Source: Candidatus Poseidoniaceae archaeon | GTDB taxonomy: Archaea > Thermoplasmatota > Poseidoniia > Poseidoniales > Poseidoniaceae | NCBI GenBank assembly: GCA_030747695.1 | Contig: JASLKG010000005.1 | Coordinates: 24,599 to 88,598 of the forward strand | DNA length: 64,000 bases | Reading direction: 5' to 3' | Shown here: piece by piece, positions 50,133-59,226 of the stretch | Layout of the letters: the number at the start of each line of letters is the position of its first letter | Numbering within the stretch: the first letter of the stretch is position 1 | Program-made: the position numbers and the translations under genes | The notes under the pieces: generated by a model | The model's input: the letters and a program-made list of their open reading frames with translations, nothing else | Database searches by the model: none | What the model was told of the DNA's origin: nothing

Positions 50133-51968
50133 TTATCTTCCCCAGAAGTGATTAGTTTCCCGATGTAATTTGGTAATTTGATCTAATATTTCTTCTTCAG
50201 AAGGTGTCAATTCAAGTTTACGAAGTCTTTTCGCATGTGTGCTAGGAACATCAACATAGAACTCATCACCTTCTTCAATATGTCTTCCCACAGTTGGCCC
50301 CATAATACTCATTGCAACTTCATCTCCATGGTTTGCTTCTCTAACATCTTCACTTGCTCTAGTTCTGATGCCTTTTATTTGTCCAATAGGAGTTCCATCC
50401 ATTTTCATTATTCTTTGGCCCAAGTGGACTCTTCCACCAACAACACGCATGCCAACAATGGCAGGGCCTTTGTTACGGAAAGTATGATCCTTAAGATAAA
50501 GCAAATGACCAGGATAAACTAGATTTTCTCTTTCAGCAGCAGCTAAACTATTAGCAGTTTCTTCTTTCCATTCTTCATATTCCTCAAGGATTCTGTAAAT
50601 GATATCTGCACTGATAGATTTGATTTCTGCAGAATCACCTTCTAATTTTGCTTGAACTTCTGAATTTCCTTTAACAGCGAACCCTAGGATAATCTGATTC
50701 AATGGGTCTTTTGCGCTTTGTGCTGTGAGAATGTCTCTTTTGTTGATTGGACCTATACTTGCCATCCTGATGGGTGTTTCTAATTTGTTTAATTCAAAGG
50801 CTAGAGCTTCTAATCCACCAATTGTGTCAGCCTTAATCACAACCCCTTCTTCTGCAATATCTACTGAAATAGTGGCTTCTTTTTGTGCTTCAACTAGTGC
50901 TTTTTTTTGCGTATCTGCTTCATTTGTTTGTCTTAACGTGGTCCCCGCTAGAACTTTTTCTAGACCCGGGGCTACAATTTTCAATCCACATGCTGCAATT
51001 GCAATTTCTGTAGGTTCCCATCTGTCGCCAGCATCCCTCATTTCACTCATTCCTTTTGGTCGGAACATACCTTTGATGTGAGTAGTAAAGGGTCCATCGG
51101 CGCCTACTAGTGTTACTGTGTCTCCCACATGGAGTTCTCCACGGTTTAGGATGACATCAATCGTTTTACCTAACCCCCTTTCATCTTTCATTTCTAGAAT
51201 TGTAGCTTCACCACATCCGAGAGTGTCTGTCAAGCGATTTTCTAAAAATCTCTCAGCAAGTCCTACAGTGACAGTTAGTAGATCTTGTAACCCTTCGCCG
51301 TCTTTTGCAGAACAAGGCACCAATGCAATATTTGATTTAAAATCCTTAATCTTGTCATATCGTTCAATATTGAAACCATGTTCACTAAATTCTCCAAGTA
51401 ATTTCCAATATTTTTCTTCAAAATATTGCTTAACATCATCTCTTTGAAAGCTCCAAGACTCGATAAAACTTCTACCCTTTTCTGTTCTCCATCCATGTAA
51501 GCGGTCAATTTTGTTTGCTGCTATGACAAAAGGAGTTTTCTTTTCTCTCAATATTCGCAGACTTTCAATTGATTGAGGCTGCAATCCTTCCATAATATCC
51601 ACTACAAGAATTGCGATGTCTGCAAGAGCTCCTCCTCTACTACGAAGACTTGTAAATGAATGATGCCCAGGCGTATCAATAAATAACAATCCCGGGCTAT
51701 TGAAATTCTTTCCACCAGTAAGGTTTGAACAGGTTTGATTCAATATGTCAGCAGGAACTTCAGTTGCACCTATATGCTGCGTTATACCTCCAGCTTCACG
51801 ATCCATTACACTAGCTTGACGTTCACTTCCTAGAGAACGGAAATGATCGAGGACACTGGTCTTGCCATGATCCACATGTCCTAAAACAGATACAATTGGT
51901 TGTCGCTGCCAACCTTTAGAAACGTCTTCTGGAGAAGGATTTTCAGACGTATCGACACCTTCAGACAT
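50133..51968 (-). CDS. infB: Translation initiation factor aIF5B (IF-2)
   Basis: GHVDHGKT, EAGGITQHIGA, DTPGH, NKID. Confidence 0.97.
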   Translation of the reverse strand: MSEGVDTSENPSPEDVSKGWQRQPIVSVLGHVDHGKTSVLDHFRSLGSERQASVMDREAGGITQHIGATEVPADILNQTCSNLTGGKNFNSPGLLFIDTPGHHSFTSLRSRGGALADIAILVVDIMEGLQPQSIESLRILREKKTPFVIAANKIDRLHGWRTEKGRSFIESWSFQRDDVKQYFEEKYWKLLGEFSEHGFNIERYDKIKDFKSNIALVPCSAKDGEGLQDLLTVTVGLAERFLENRLTDTLGCGEATILEMKDERGLGKTIDVILNRGELHVGDTVTLVGADGPFTTHIKGMFRPKGMSEMRDAGDRWEPTEIAIAACGLKIVAPGLEKVLAGTTLRQTNEADTQKKALVEAQKEATISVDIAEEGVVIKADTIGGLEALAFELNKLETPIRMASIGPINKRDILTAQSAKDPLNQIILGFAVKGNSEVQAKLEGDSAEIKSISADIIYRILEEYEEWKEETANSLAAAERENLVYPGHLLYLKDHTFRNKGPAIVGMRVVGGRVHLGQRIMKMDGTPIGQIKGIRTRASEDVREANHGDEVAMSIMGPTVGRHIEEGDEFYVDVPSTHAKRLRKLELTPSEEEILDQITKLHRETNHFWGR

Positions 51969-52016
51969 GTCTAAACCTCCAATTGGACTTTTTATTTTTG
52001 CAATTGATTTACAAAA

Positions 52017-52463
52017 TCATTCATAAACCCATGATTGATTATCTTGAGTCCACTCATTGAGCCCTTCTGAAAACCATAGATTTAATTCAAATTCAGCGGT
52101 ATCAGCAGCATCAGATCCATGAATCATATTGTATCCAATGTCCATGCCATAGTCTCCACGTATGGTGCCTGGCGCAGCTTCACGACCATTTGTAGGCCCA
52201 ATCAAATTTCTTGCAACACTAATTGCATCACGACCAGACCAAGCCATACAAACAACCGGCCCACTCGTGACAAATTTGATTAATCCTGGGAAAAAAGGTC
52301 TCTCTGAATGAACAGAATAATGCTTCTCTGCAATTTCTGTGGTTGGTATAACTTGTTTAAGTCCGACAAGTTGTAAACCCTTTCTTTCAAATCTTCGAAT
52401 TATTTCACCGACTAATCCCCGTTGTACACCATCGGGTTTCACCATTACGTAAGTGGTCTCCAT
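52017..52463 (-). CDS. ndk: Nucleoside diphosphate kinase
   Basis: [23 protein letters not shown]. Confidence 0.97.
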   Translation of the reverse strand: METTYVMVKPDGVQRGLVGEIIRRFERKGLQLVGLKQVIPTTEIAEKHYSVHSERPFFPGLIKFVTSGPVVCMAWSGRDAISVARNLIGPTNGREAAPGTIRGDYGMDIGYNMIHGSDAADTAEFELNLWFSEGLNEWTQDNQSWVYE

Positions 52464-52537
52464 GATACTTCCCTCAAGCCTTGCGACTCGACTTCCCTAT
52501 GTAAGTACAGCGATTGCAATAAAACAGGGTAAGAAAC

Positions 52538-52726
52538 TCAGGCGCCGCCCTTAACATAGTGGCGTGTCCATTTTACTTTACGAGAATTTCTTTTCAATTT
52601 GATTGCATTTTTGCGAGCTTTACTGTTCGCATACCATTGGATTGTACCATCTTTACGCACAAACATCATACCAGTTCCTGGCTCAATAACTTCACCTGAA
52701 AAATTGCATATTCGTTGTTCTGGCAT
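52538..52726 (-). CDS. rpl24e: 50S ribosomal protein L24e
   Basis: IEPGTGMMFVRKDG...RKVKWT. Confidence 0.96.
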   Translation of the reverse strand: MPEQRICNFSGEVIEPGTGMMFVRKDGTIQWYANSKARKNAIKLKRNSRKVKWTRHYVKGGA

Positions 52727-52730
52727 AAAA

Positions 52731-52955
52731 TCACCTGTAGTTTAATTTTCGAGCTTCACGACCCGTGTCTCGAAGCATTAGAATATCGCCAACGCGCACT
52801 GGTCCAACAACGTTACGAGTGATAATTCTACCAACGTCACGAGGATTAGGTGCATCATTGACACGCACTTTAACTTGAGTAGCCTCCCCTGTCATTCCTG
52901 TACGTCCAACAACTTCTACTACTTCTGCTGGCCATCCGCCGAGTTCTTCGCTCAT
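52731..52955 (-). CDS. rps28e: 30S ribosomal protein S28e
   Basis: [12 protein letters not shown]...[13 protein letters not shown]...REAR. Confidence 0.96.
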   Translation of the reverse strand: MSEELGGWPAEVVEVVGRTGMTGEATQVKVRVNDAPNPRDVGRIITRNVVGPVRVGDILMLRDTGREARKLNYR

Positions 52956-52987
52956 TCCATTTCCTCCTTAGGTTTAGTTAAGCGAAT

Positions 52988-53359
52988 TCAATTGCTTAGC
53001 CCTTTTACTAGCTCAACAATTTCGTCGAATTTTTCTTGTGCTCCCTTCGATACTTCAAGAAGAGCAAGTGATGCAGTTTTAACGCCCAAAGGCATTCCGG
53101 CTTCTTTCGCCAAGAATTCTTGTGAAGGTACGTAACCAAACGGAATACCCTTTTCCGCACAAATTAACGGTATATGGGCAAGTAACTCAGGAGGGTTAAC
53201 ATCTTCTGCCATAATTATGAATTTGGCATTACCGCGTTCAGCAGCCTTGGTAACCTCATTAGATCCTTTTTTCATTCGTCCTGTATTATTCGCTTGAACC
53301 ATTTCATAAATTTTGTCAGCGACTTCTCCGGGGGTTTCAAAAGACACGTGTGCACTCAT
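52988..53359 (-). CDS. rpl7ae: 50S ribosomal protein L7Ae
   Basis: KKGSNEVTKA, AEDVNPPEL, conserved L7Ae-S28e-L24e-ndk-infB order. Confidence 0.96.
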   Translation of the reverse strand: MSAHVSFETPGEVADKIYEMVQANNTGRMKKGSNEVTKAAERGNAKFIIMAEDVNPPELLAHIPLICAEKGIPFGYVPSQEFLAKEAGMPLGVKTASLALLEVSKGAQEKFDEIVELVKGLSN

Positions 53360-53445
53360 TGATCTCACTCTCATGCTATGTGAAGCAGGCTTCCGCACGG
53401 CCTCGTGGATATAAACACCACGGATGGGTTAATAATAGCCCATAT

Positions 53446-54381
53446 CTACAGTTTTTCGAGTATTTCTCTAACACCGCGTGCTAAAGCAGGCCCTCCGGAG
53501 ATTACAGCGCGACTATTTACAAGACTCGATGTAGAGTGCACACCGTCCACGTGATTTGTTAATCTACTAATGGCGCCACCTGTGAATAATCCATGAGTAC
53601 ATGCAGCATGAATTTCCTTTGCACCTTGACTTTTCAAAGCATCAGCCGCTTTGCAGATAGTCCCGCCAGTGGCAATCATATCATCTACAATTGCAACAAT
53701 TTTCCCATCAACATCAAGATTTTTTGCTTTGTGCACTATTGTATGTGCATCGATTCTTGTTTTTTCCAAATACGAAAATGGTAGATTTATTGCTTCAGCG
53801 ACAGAGCTAGCACGATCTATGGCGCCTTTGTCTGGAGAAAGGATAAAATCAGGATTTACATTTTCTTTCAAATGATTAGCAACTTCAGGCATTGCAGAAG
53901 TAAACGCAACAGGAACAGATAAGCCTTCAAGTGCAGCAGGAGCATGTAAGTCAAACACTACAATGCCATCACAATGCTGTGAAAGCAATTTCCCTATCGT
54001 TTTTGCACTTATTGCTTCACCTGGTCTAAAGCGCTTATCCTGTCGCGAATATCCAAAGTAGGGAATTGCTACAATGAGCCCCGTCCCAACATCATCCATA
54101 GATTGGGGCCCGATTTCTTTCAAATTTTCAGTTAAACCGCTTCTAACATCTTTCAATGCATTTAGTAACAGTAAAGTTTCAACAATGCCAGCATCAGGGA
54201 AGGTGTTTGATACTAGTACAACGGGCCCATTACGAACTGCATCAATTGATTCTTCTGGAATTCTAATATACCCTTCAGAGTCCGGAAAACGCCTTGCTTC
54301 AAGTAGGTGGTGATCCCATCCTAATTCCATTGCCAAATCTTCGGCGAGGGCTCGGGAGTTACTGCCCGACACGACCACCAT
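53446..54381 (-). CDS. prs: Ribose-phosphate pyrophosphokinase
   Basis: RFPDSE, PYFGYSRQDK, DLH, SPDKGA, VDDMIATGGT. Confidence 0.95.
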   Translation of the reverse strand: MVVVSGSNSRALAEDLAMELGWDHHLLEARRFPDSEGYIRIPEESIDAVRNGPVVLVSNTFPDAGIVETLLLLNALKDVRSGLTENLKEIGPQSMDDVGTGLIVAIPYFGYSRQDKRFRPGEAISAKTIGKLLSQHCDGIVVFDLHAPAALEGLSVPVAFTSAMPEVANHLKENVNPDFILSPDKGAIDRASSVAEAINLPFSYLEKTRIDAHTIVHKAKNLDVDGKIVAIVDDMIATGGTICKAADALKSQGAKEIHAACTHGLFTGGAISRLTNHVDGVHSTSSLVNSRAVISGGPALARGVREILEKL

Positions 54382-54441
54382 GTTGCAACCCTCTGCGAGG
54401 GTGCTACATGAGCCTTGCTTTGCTTTTGAACCTCTAGGAAG

Positions 54442-54515
54442 TGCGCGAGGCAGGACTCGAACCTGCGACCTCCCGGTTATCAGCCGGGTGCTCCAGCCGA
54501 CTAAGCTACCCGCGC
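54442..54515 (-). tRNA. tRNA-Ile (GAT)
   Basis: GCGCGGG/CTCGCGC acceptor, CCCGG-CTGATAA-CCGGG anticodon arm, GCAGG-TTCGAGT-CCTGC. Confidence 0.96.
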
Positions 54516-54568
54516 AAGGGCAAGCCGGCGACCAGCCAACTAGTCATAAAATCGACGGTAGACAAATC

Positions 54569-55171
54569 TCAGTCTTCATCAATCATGTTTGGGTCATTTG
54601 CCTGTTCATATGATGGCAAGGTGAGTAACTTGTCAAAGGTTCGACTCAATACAACTTCATCAAGTCTCTCTCTTGTTCGCGCTAGAGCGGTAATGGGTAT
54701 ATTGATAGTTTTTCCAATACTGTACTCCATCTGCACTCCTATCCGCGTCTTTACAACCACAGCGCGATACGTCCTTTTGATTTTCACCAGATCAGTAATT
54801 ACTCCAATCTCTCTCCCTTGGTTGTCCAAAACAGCTCTGTCCATCATTTCGTCGGGTGCGTATAGCTTCTCATCTATACGCACAGTATTTCTCCAACGGC
54901 GTTGAAGTTCACGCATCGATTTTGAGAGTTTCACCGCTCCATCGTTGCGGATGCTGTGAATCAACTCCTTGTGTAACGGCGCAAGTTCTGCAGGTTTGCG
55001 CATAAATTCATCAGCAACATCTGGCTCTACCATGATGCGCATCGATCTTACTCGTGCTTCATTTGGATGATGGCGCTCCCCAACAATGGTGCCCACCTTC
55101 TTATCATTGACATACACATCTCGTTGTAACAACTCTTGTATGTCGTAATTTTCGTTATTCATTTTTCCCAT
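54569..55171 (-). CDS. Tandem PRC-barrel domain protein
   Basis: Two repeats: ELLQRDVYVNDKKVGTI and EMMDRAVLDNQGREIGVITDL. Confidence 0.75.
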   Translation of the reverse strand: MGKMNNENYDIQELLQRDVYVNDKKVGTIVGERHHPNEARVRSMRIMVEPDVADEFMRKPAELAPLHKELIHSIRNDGAVKLSKSMRELQRRWRNTVRIDEKLYAPDEMMDRAVLDNQGREIGVITDLVKIKRTYRAVVVKTRIGVQMEYSIGKTINIPITALARTRERLDEVVLSRTFDKLLTLPSYEQANDPNMIDED

Positions 55172-55247
55172 CTCCCCGGCCTAATGTGTTGTGACCGAAC
55201 TAGCGCCTATGCTGGAGACACTTATACTTGACTGCTTAAAATAATAC

Positions 55248-55422
55248 TTTTCCAATTGGGTTTGTCGCATAATATCCTTCTCTTCCAATTGAAAAAATGT
55301 TCTAGTTTCATTTTTGAGGAAAGTGGAAAATTCTAGATTCAATTGGTGTCGCATAATGCACTCCATCTCTCCAATAATAGTCGAATTTTCCAATTAGAAA
55401 TTTAAAAATCCAATTAGAAAAT
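55248..55422. repeat. AT-rich intergenic region with repeated TCCAATT and TGTCGCATAAT motifs
   Basis: TGTCGCATAAT at 55263 and 55347; TCCAATTAGAAA at 55389 and 55409; TTCCAATTGAAA at 55283. Confidence 0.7.
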
Positions 55423-55463
55423 TAATCGAATAATATATCCCTTAGAGAAGATTGGACTATGTG

Positions 55464-56177
55464 ATGGCAATAGTAGTCAATGGCGCAACATGTTCCTTGA
55501 GTGAAGCTGTTATTGACAAGTTATTGTCGTGGGATGTTGATGTTGTAGCACAAGAATCAAGCCATTTCGAGCGGAATTCATCTTTACTAAAGTATTCAAA
55601 CTCAAAGCTAACAACTTCAGGATCAGGTTTTACAATTTCATTTGATGATAGTGACGGCGACTTAGTTTTGGGGCGGGATATCATTGTTCATGATTTGCTT
55701 CCATCCCGTGCAGATAAATGGTTAGCACCAGAAATAGCAGCGTGGGTTTCAGGTGAAAGCTATCCAGCAGGGCCGCGTTATTGGTTGAGCGTAATCGATG
55801 CTGCAGAAGCAATTGCGGCGATTGCAAAATCTGGGAAAACGCCAGATAAATTACAAATGTGTGGAAGAAGGGAATGGCTACCTAAAGATTCTAAAGCAGA
55901 ATTTGAAATGCTATGGGCCCGTACCATCCAAGGCTATACTGGACAATTTACACCTGCTACACTTTTCGGGTATTCTATTTCGGGAATGGAAGTTAAACCG
56001 ATTTCTCCTGACTCTAGTGCTCGCCCAGATTTAGAGCCATTACATGAGTTGTTATTAGAAGTAAACTCCGATGGATGGAGACCATTAATTCCATTTAGAA
56101 CGGCATTGATGAATTTGATTGCGGGTATTTTTGAGAATAGTGAAATTCATTTATCGTCGGGTAATCGAAAGGGCTAA
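55464..56177 (+). CDS. Degenerate NAD-dependent epimerase/extended SDR-like protein
   Basis: IVVNGATCSLS Rossmann-like start, WLSVIDAAEAI, GWRPLIPF; canonical GxxGxxG and YxxxK missing. Confidence 0.6.
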   Translation: MAIVVNGATCSLSEAVIDKLLSWDVDVVAQESSHFERNSSLLKYSNSKLTTSGSGFTISFDDSDGDLVLGRDIIVHDLLPSRADKWLAPEIAAWVSGESYPAGPRYWLSVIDAAEAIAAIAKSGKTPDKLQMCGRREWLPKDSKAEFEMLWARTIQGYTGQFTPATLFGYSISGMEVKPISPDSSARPDLEPLHELLLEVNSDGWRPLIPFRTALMNLIAGIFENSEIHLSSGNRKG

Positions 56178-56602
56178 TGGTCGAACTTGTAGGTTCAGTT
56201 GATGAGCGCGGACTATCAGTAAGTCCAGGTCTTCCGGACGGATGTAAGAATTACTTAATCGATATTGACGGCACAATTTGTGAAGATATTCCAAATGAAG
56301 AGCCAGAACGAATGGCAACCGCTAAATGCTTCGATGGTGTTGTAGATCAGATCAACAAATGGTATGCAGAAGGCCACCAAATATGCTTCTTCACCAGTCG
56401 TTTGGAAGAGCATAGGGACGTTACTGAAACATGGTTGTCTAAACATGGATTCAAATGGCATTCATGTTTGTTTGGGAAACCGAGAGGTGGCAATTATCAT
56501 TGGATAGATAACCACATTGTGCGCGCTACAAGATTTCGGACAAAATTGACCGATTTCATTACTAAAAGTGTTGATATCGAAGTGTTTGATGATGAAGGTT
56601 AG
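56177..56602 (+). CDS. Cap-less HAD-superfamily phosphatase
   Basis: IDIDGTI, FFTSR, GKP...WIDN. Confidence 0.85.
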   Translation: MVELVGSVDERGLSVSPGLPDGCKNYLIDIDGTICEDIPNEEPERMATAKCFDGVVDQINKWYAEGHQICFFTSRLEEHRDVTETWLSKHGFKWHSCLFGKPRGGNYHWIDNHIVRATRFRTKLTDFITKSVDIEVFDDEG

Positions 56603-58149
56603 AGTGTTTGTTGTCCACCTTCTGGCATAGGAACTAGCATTTGGATAGTTTCTCCTCTCAAACTCGGACCATCACTGAAAGTTGCAAAAATGCCAATATC
56701 TGCAATATTGTGTGAAAGTGAAAACCAAACTCTGCCATAGTTGTCTACTCTAATATCTAGAAAATCTCCAAGTCCACCACAACGATTGTAACCACAATCA
56801 GGGGTCAAATCAATGGGGTCATCATTATTGTTGATTTGAACAGTAGTTAGTAAGGGTGTTTCATTAAATGCATCTGTAGCGTATGTCAGATAAGCATTCC
56901 ATGTATCATCTCCTGAATCACCCACATATCCGAAGGCTACAGTTCCTGAGTCTCCAGCAACTACAACTGGAAAACCAGTCCCAGTTAGATTGATTGGGGG
57001 GGCAATCATTGTTGCGTTTGACCAAGAATCTCCTTGATCCATAGAGTATGACCAATATGGCATATTGTCTAAGCCCATCCACATGGCATGTATATTTCCT
57101 GCACTGTCTACTTCAACTTGTGCTTCTTCAGCATTCCATGTGTCAGCAGTGCCAGACTCTTGAGTAGGTAGGGGGTGTTCGGTCCAGCTTATTCCAGCAT
57201 TTGTAGTTCTGAAAACAGAATAGCCTTCACCACTACAACCCGTATTTCCTCGATAGAAATTTCCATCTACACTTCCTACTAAATGTGCAGTTAAACCTCC
57301 AGATCCACAGGTTATAGGTGCACCAGAAGTTTCTGGGCCCCAAGTATTCCCGCCATCAAAACTAGAAGAGCAAAGTGGATGGGGAGCATTCCCGTTTATA
57401 CAAAACATCCAAGTCGTATCATGCAAAGGTGTTGGAGCATTTGTACTTGCAATCGTTTGATGGTCTTGTACTGAATAAATCTGTGTTGCTACTGTTGGGG
57501 GGGTCCAACTATTTCCATCATTGTCTGACCATTCAACAGTCATTCCAAGTAATGCATGCATATCGAATTTCATAATCCTACCAGTCCATTGGTCTACATG
57601 CACATAGGGGTCATTTGAATTTGGGACAGGTGTCAACGTGTCATACACATCTTCACATGTATAATTTAGAGTAGTCATTCCAATTAAATCACAAGAAATA
57701 ATAGCAGTACTTCCTAAATCACCATTTCCCCATGAAGTCATAACCATAGTGTCAGTTTGTGTAATTCCCATTGTGGGTTCAAAAGTACTCATGCCGATTC
57801 CATAATAGGTGCCCTTTGCATCAAAAGGAATATTTCTTCCATCAAATTCAAAATTTGAATCTTCCCAAGCATTAACAGCATTTGGAAAGTGATACCAGGT
57901 ATTTTCTCTTTGCTCAAAGTTCCAGACATCTTCAACAATTGTCGGAGTTTCAATAATTTCTTCCGAAGAAAGTGTGTAATAAAGAATAGAAGAAGACAAG
58001 ACTAGCATTATTACAACTATAGATAAAATCTGAATAACTGAAAATGGGCCAATTTGTTTTTGTTGTTTCTCATCAATTAATTCTGGATCAACTAGAACAG
58101 CCTCTACTATATTTTCATGTGGAGTGTCTTTTGTTGCCAATATTTTCAC
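56599..58149 (-). CDS. Membrane-anchored BNR/Asp-box (sialidase-like) beta-propeller protein
   Basis: N-terminal TM; Asp boxes SDNDGNSW, SFDGGNTW, TTNAGISW, SMDQGDSW. Confidence 0.82.
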   Translation of the reverse strand: MKILATKDTPHENIVEAVLVDPELIDEKQQKQIGPFSVIQILSIVVIMLVLSSSILYYTLSSEEIIETPTIVEDVWNFEQRENTWYHFPNAVNAWEDSNFEFDGRNIPFDAKGTYYGIGMSTFEPTMGITQTDTMVMTSWGNGDLGSTAIISCDLIGMTTLNYTCEDVYDTLTPVPNSNDPYVHVDQWTGRIMKFDMHALLGMTVEWSDNDGNSWTPPTVATQIYSVQDHQTIASTNAPTPLHDTTWMFCINGNAPHPLCSSSFDGGNTWGPETSGAPITCGSGGLTAHLVGSVDGNFYRGNTGCSGEGYSVFRTTNAGISWTEHPLPTQESGTADTWNAEEAQVEVDSAGNIHAMWMGLDNMPYWSYSMDQGDSWSNATMIAPPINLTGTGFPVVVAGDSGTVAFGYVGDSGDDTWNAYLTYATDAFNETPLLTTVQINNNDDPIDLTPDCGYNRCGGLGDFLDIRVDNYGRVWFSLSHNIADIGIFATFSDGPSLRGETIQMLVPMPEGGQQTL

Positions 58150-59150
58150 TTCCTAAATAGATCACTACCTAGTAGTGGTAGTAATACTGAGGCATCACCC
58201 TCAACACATACATTTGGTGCTTCTGGTCGCATTTTCCCCCAACTAATTGCTTCGCGCAATCTAGCACCAGATAAACTCCCATCATGTTCTGGAGCAGTAG
58301 TAATGTATACAGCAGAATCTAACCCTCCTCTATATTGATTCCACCATATGACGTGATGTTTAGAAATCCCTCCTCCCACCATTAAAGCATTGCTAGTTTC
58401 AACATCCCAAGTTAGATCACTCATAACTTGTTCATCAGCTAGAGTATCAATATGAAAATCTCGATATTTTTGTCTAAACATAAATAGTTGCGCTCCAATA
58501 CTACCATCAGTAATCCCAGGAATGCAAACTGGGATTTTATGTTTCCACGCCCAATAGATTAGAGAATCTGGAGTACCAATTCTTTTTCCAAGTTCCCATA
58601 CCAAGTGTATACTTCCAAAACCGAGCCAAGCTTCAGCACCATCTTTTCCAGTTTCAGCAATTCTGTCATTCCTAATTTCTTCTAATACTGGTAAGACAAT
58701 AGCTTCAATAATTTCTCCATAACTCGCATTAGGAACAATCACATTCCCTAAACGCATCAATTGAAATTCGCTTAATTCAATGTCATCTAATTCAAATGAA
58801 CCATGATAATAATGCTTGAACGATCTTGCAATATCATGGTCCAACATTCCGCATGTCGTTGAAATAACATTGAACATTTTTTGCTTAATTGCATCTACAA
58901 AGAATCCTCGAGTTCCTGTTGCGCATAAGCAAGCAGGAAACGATAGCCAGTTGCATACCTTATTTGAATCACCTTTAACTGAATCGATTTGCGATTTCAT
59001 GCTCCGTAAAATATCTCTGGCATATGCTAATTTTGTAGCAGTAAAGCCTCCAGCGGTAGACATTTGATCAATTAGTGTACGGGGGCTATCAACTGCATCG
59101 AAGTCATAATCAACAACTGGGGTGTTAAATGATTCTGGGTCAATCGCCAT
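58146..59150 (-). CDS. dys: Deoxyhypusine synthase
   Basis: PGITDGSIG, GGGISKHH, DGSLSGA..EAISWGK (catalytic Lys). Confidence 0.96.
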   Translation of the reverse strand: MAIDPESFNTPVVDYDFDAVDSPRTLIDQMSTAGGFTATKLAYARDILRSMKSQIDSVKGDSNKVCNWLSFPACLCATGTRGFFVDAIKQKMFNVISTTCGMLDHDIARSFKHYYHGSFELDDIELSEFQLMRLGNVIVPNASYGEIIEAIVLPVLEEIRNDRIAETGKDGAEAWLGFGSIHLVWELGKRIGTPDSLIYWAWKHKIPVCIPGITDGSIGAQLFMFRQKYRDFHIDTLADEQVMSDLTWDVETSNALMVGGGISKHHVIWWNQYRGGLDSAVYITTAPEHDGSLSGARLREAISWGKMRPEAPNVCVEGDASVLLPLLGSDLFRK

Positions 59151-59184
59151 GAATCAAGCCGGACGTCTCGGACATATGAAACCT

Positions 59185-59203
59185 CATGTCCCTTAGGGAC
59201 ATG
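59185..59203. promoter_or_regulatory. Perfect 9-bp inverted repeat between uvrB and dys
   Basis: CATGTCCCT-T-AGGGACATG. Confidence 0.45.
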
Positions 59204-59226
59204 TCATTGATACGAATAATTATCAA

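Noticed and set aside
53352-53390. Kink-turn in the L7Ae 5' leader (known autoregulation in archaea)
   Set aside because: Several GA/UGA elements are present, but I could not fold a canonical k-turn with a 3-nt bulge by eye.
54380-54905. Plus-strand ORFs across the tRNA-Ile region
   Set aside because: Antisense to the tRNA and the PRC-barrel gene.
55262-55373. dif site for XerA (GTCGCATAA resembles a XerC arm)
   Set aside because: No inverted TTAT arm after a 6-bp spacer in either copy.
55181-55393. 70-aa minus-strand ORF
   Set aside because: Lies in AT-rich repeat DNA with no recognisable motif; its internal IMR..QL repeat just mirrors the DNA repeat.
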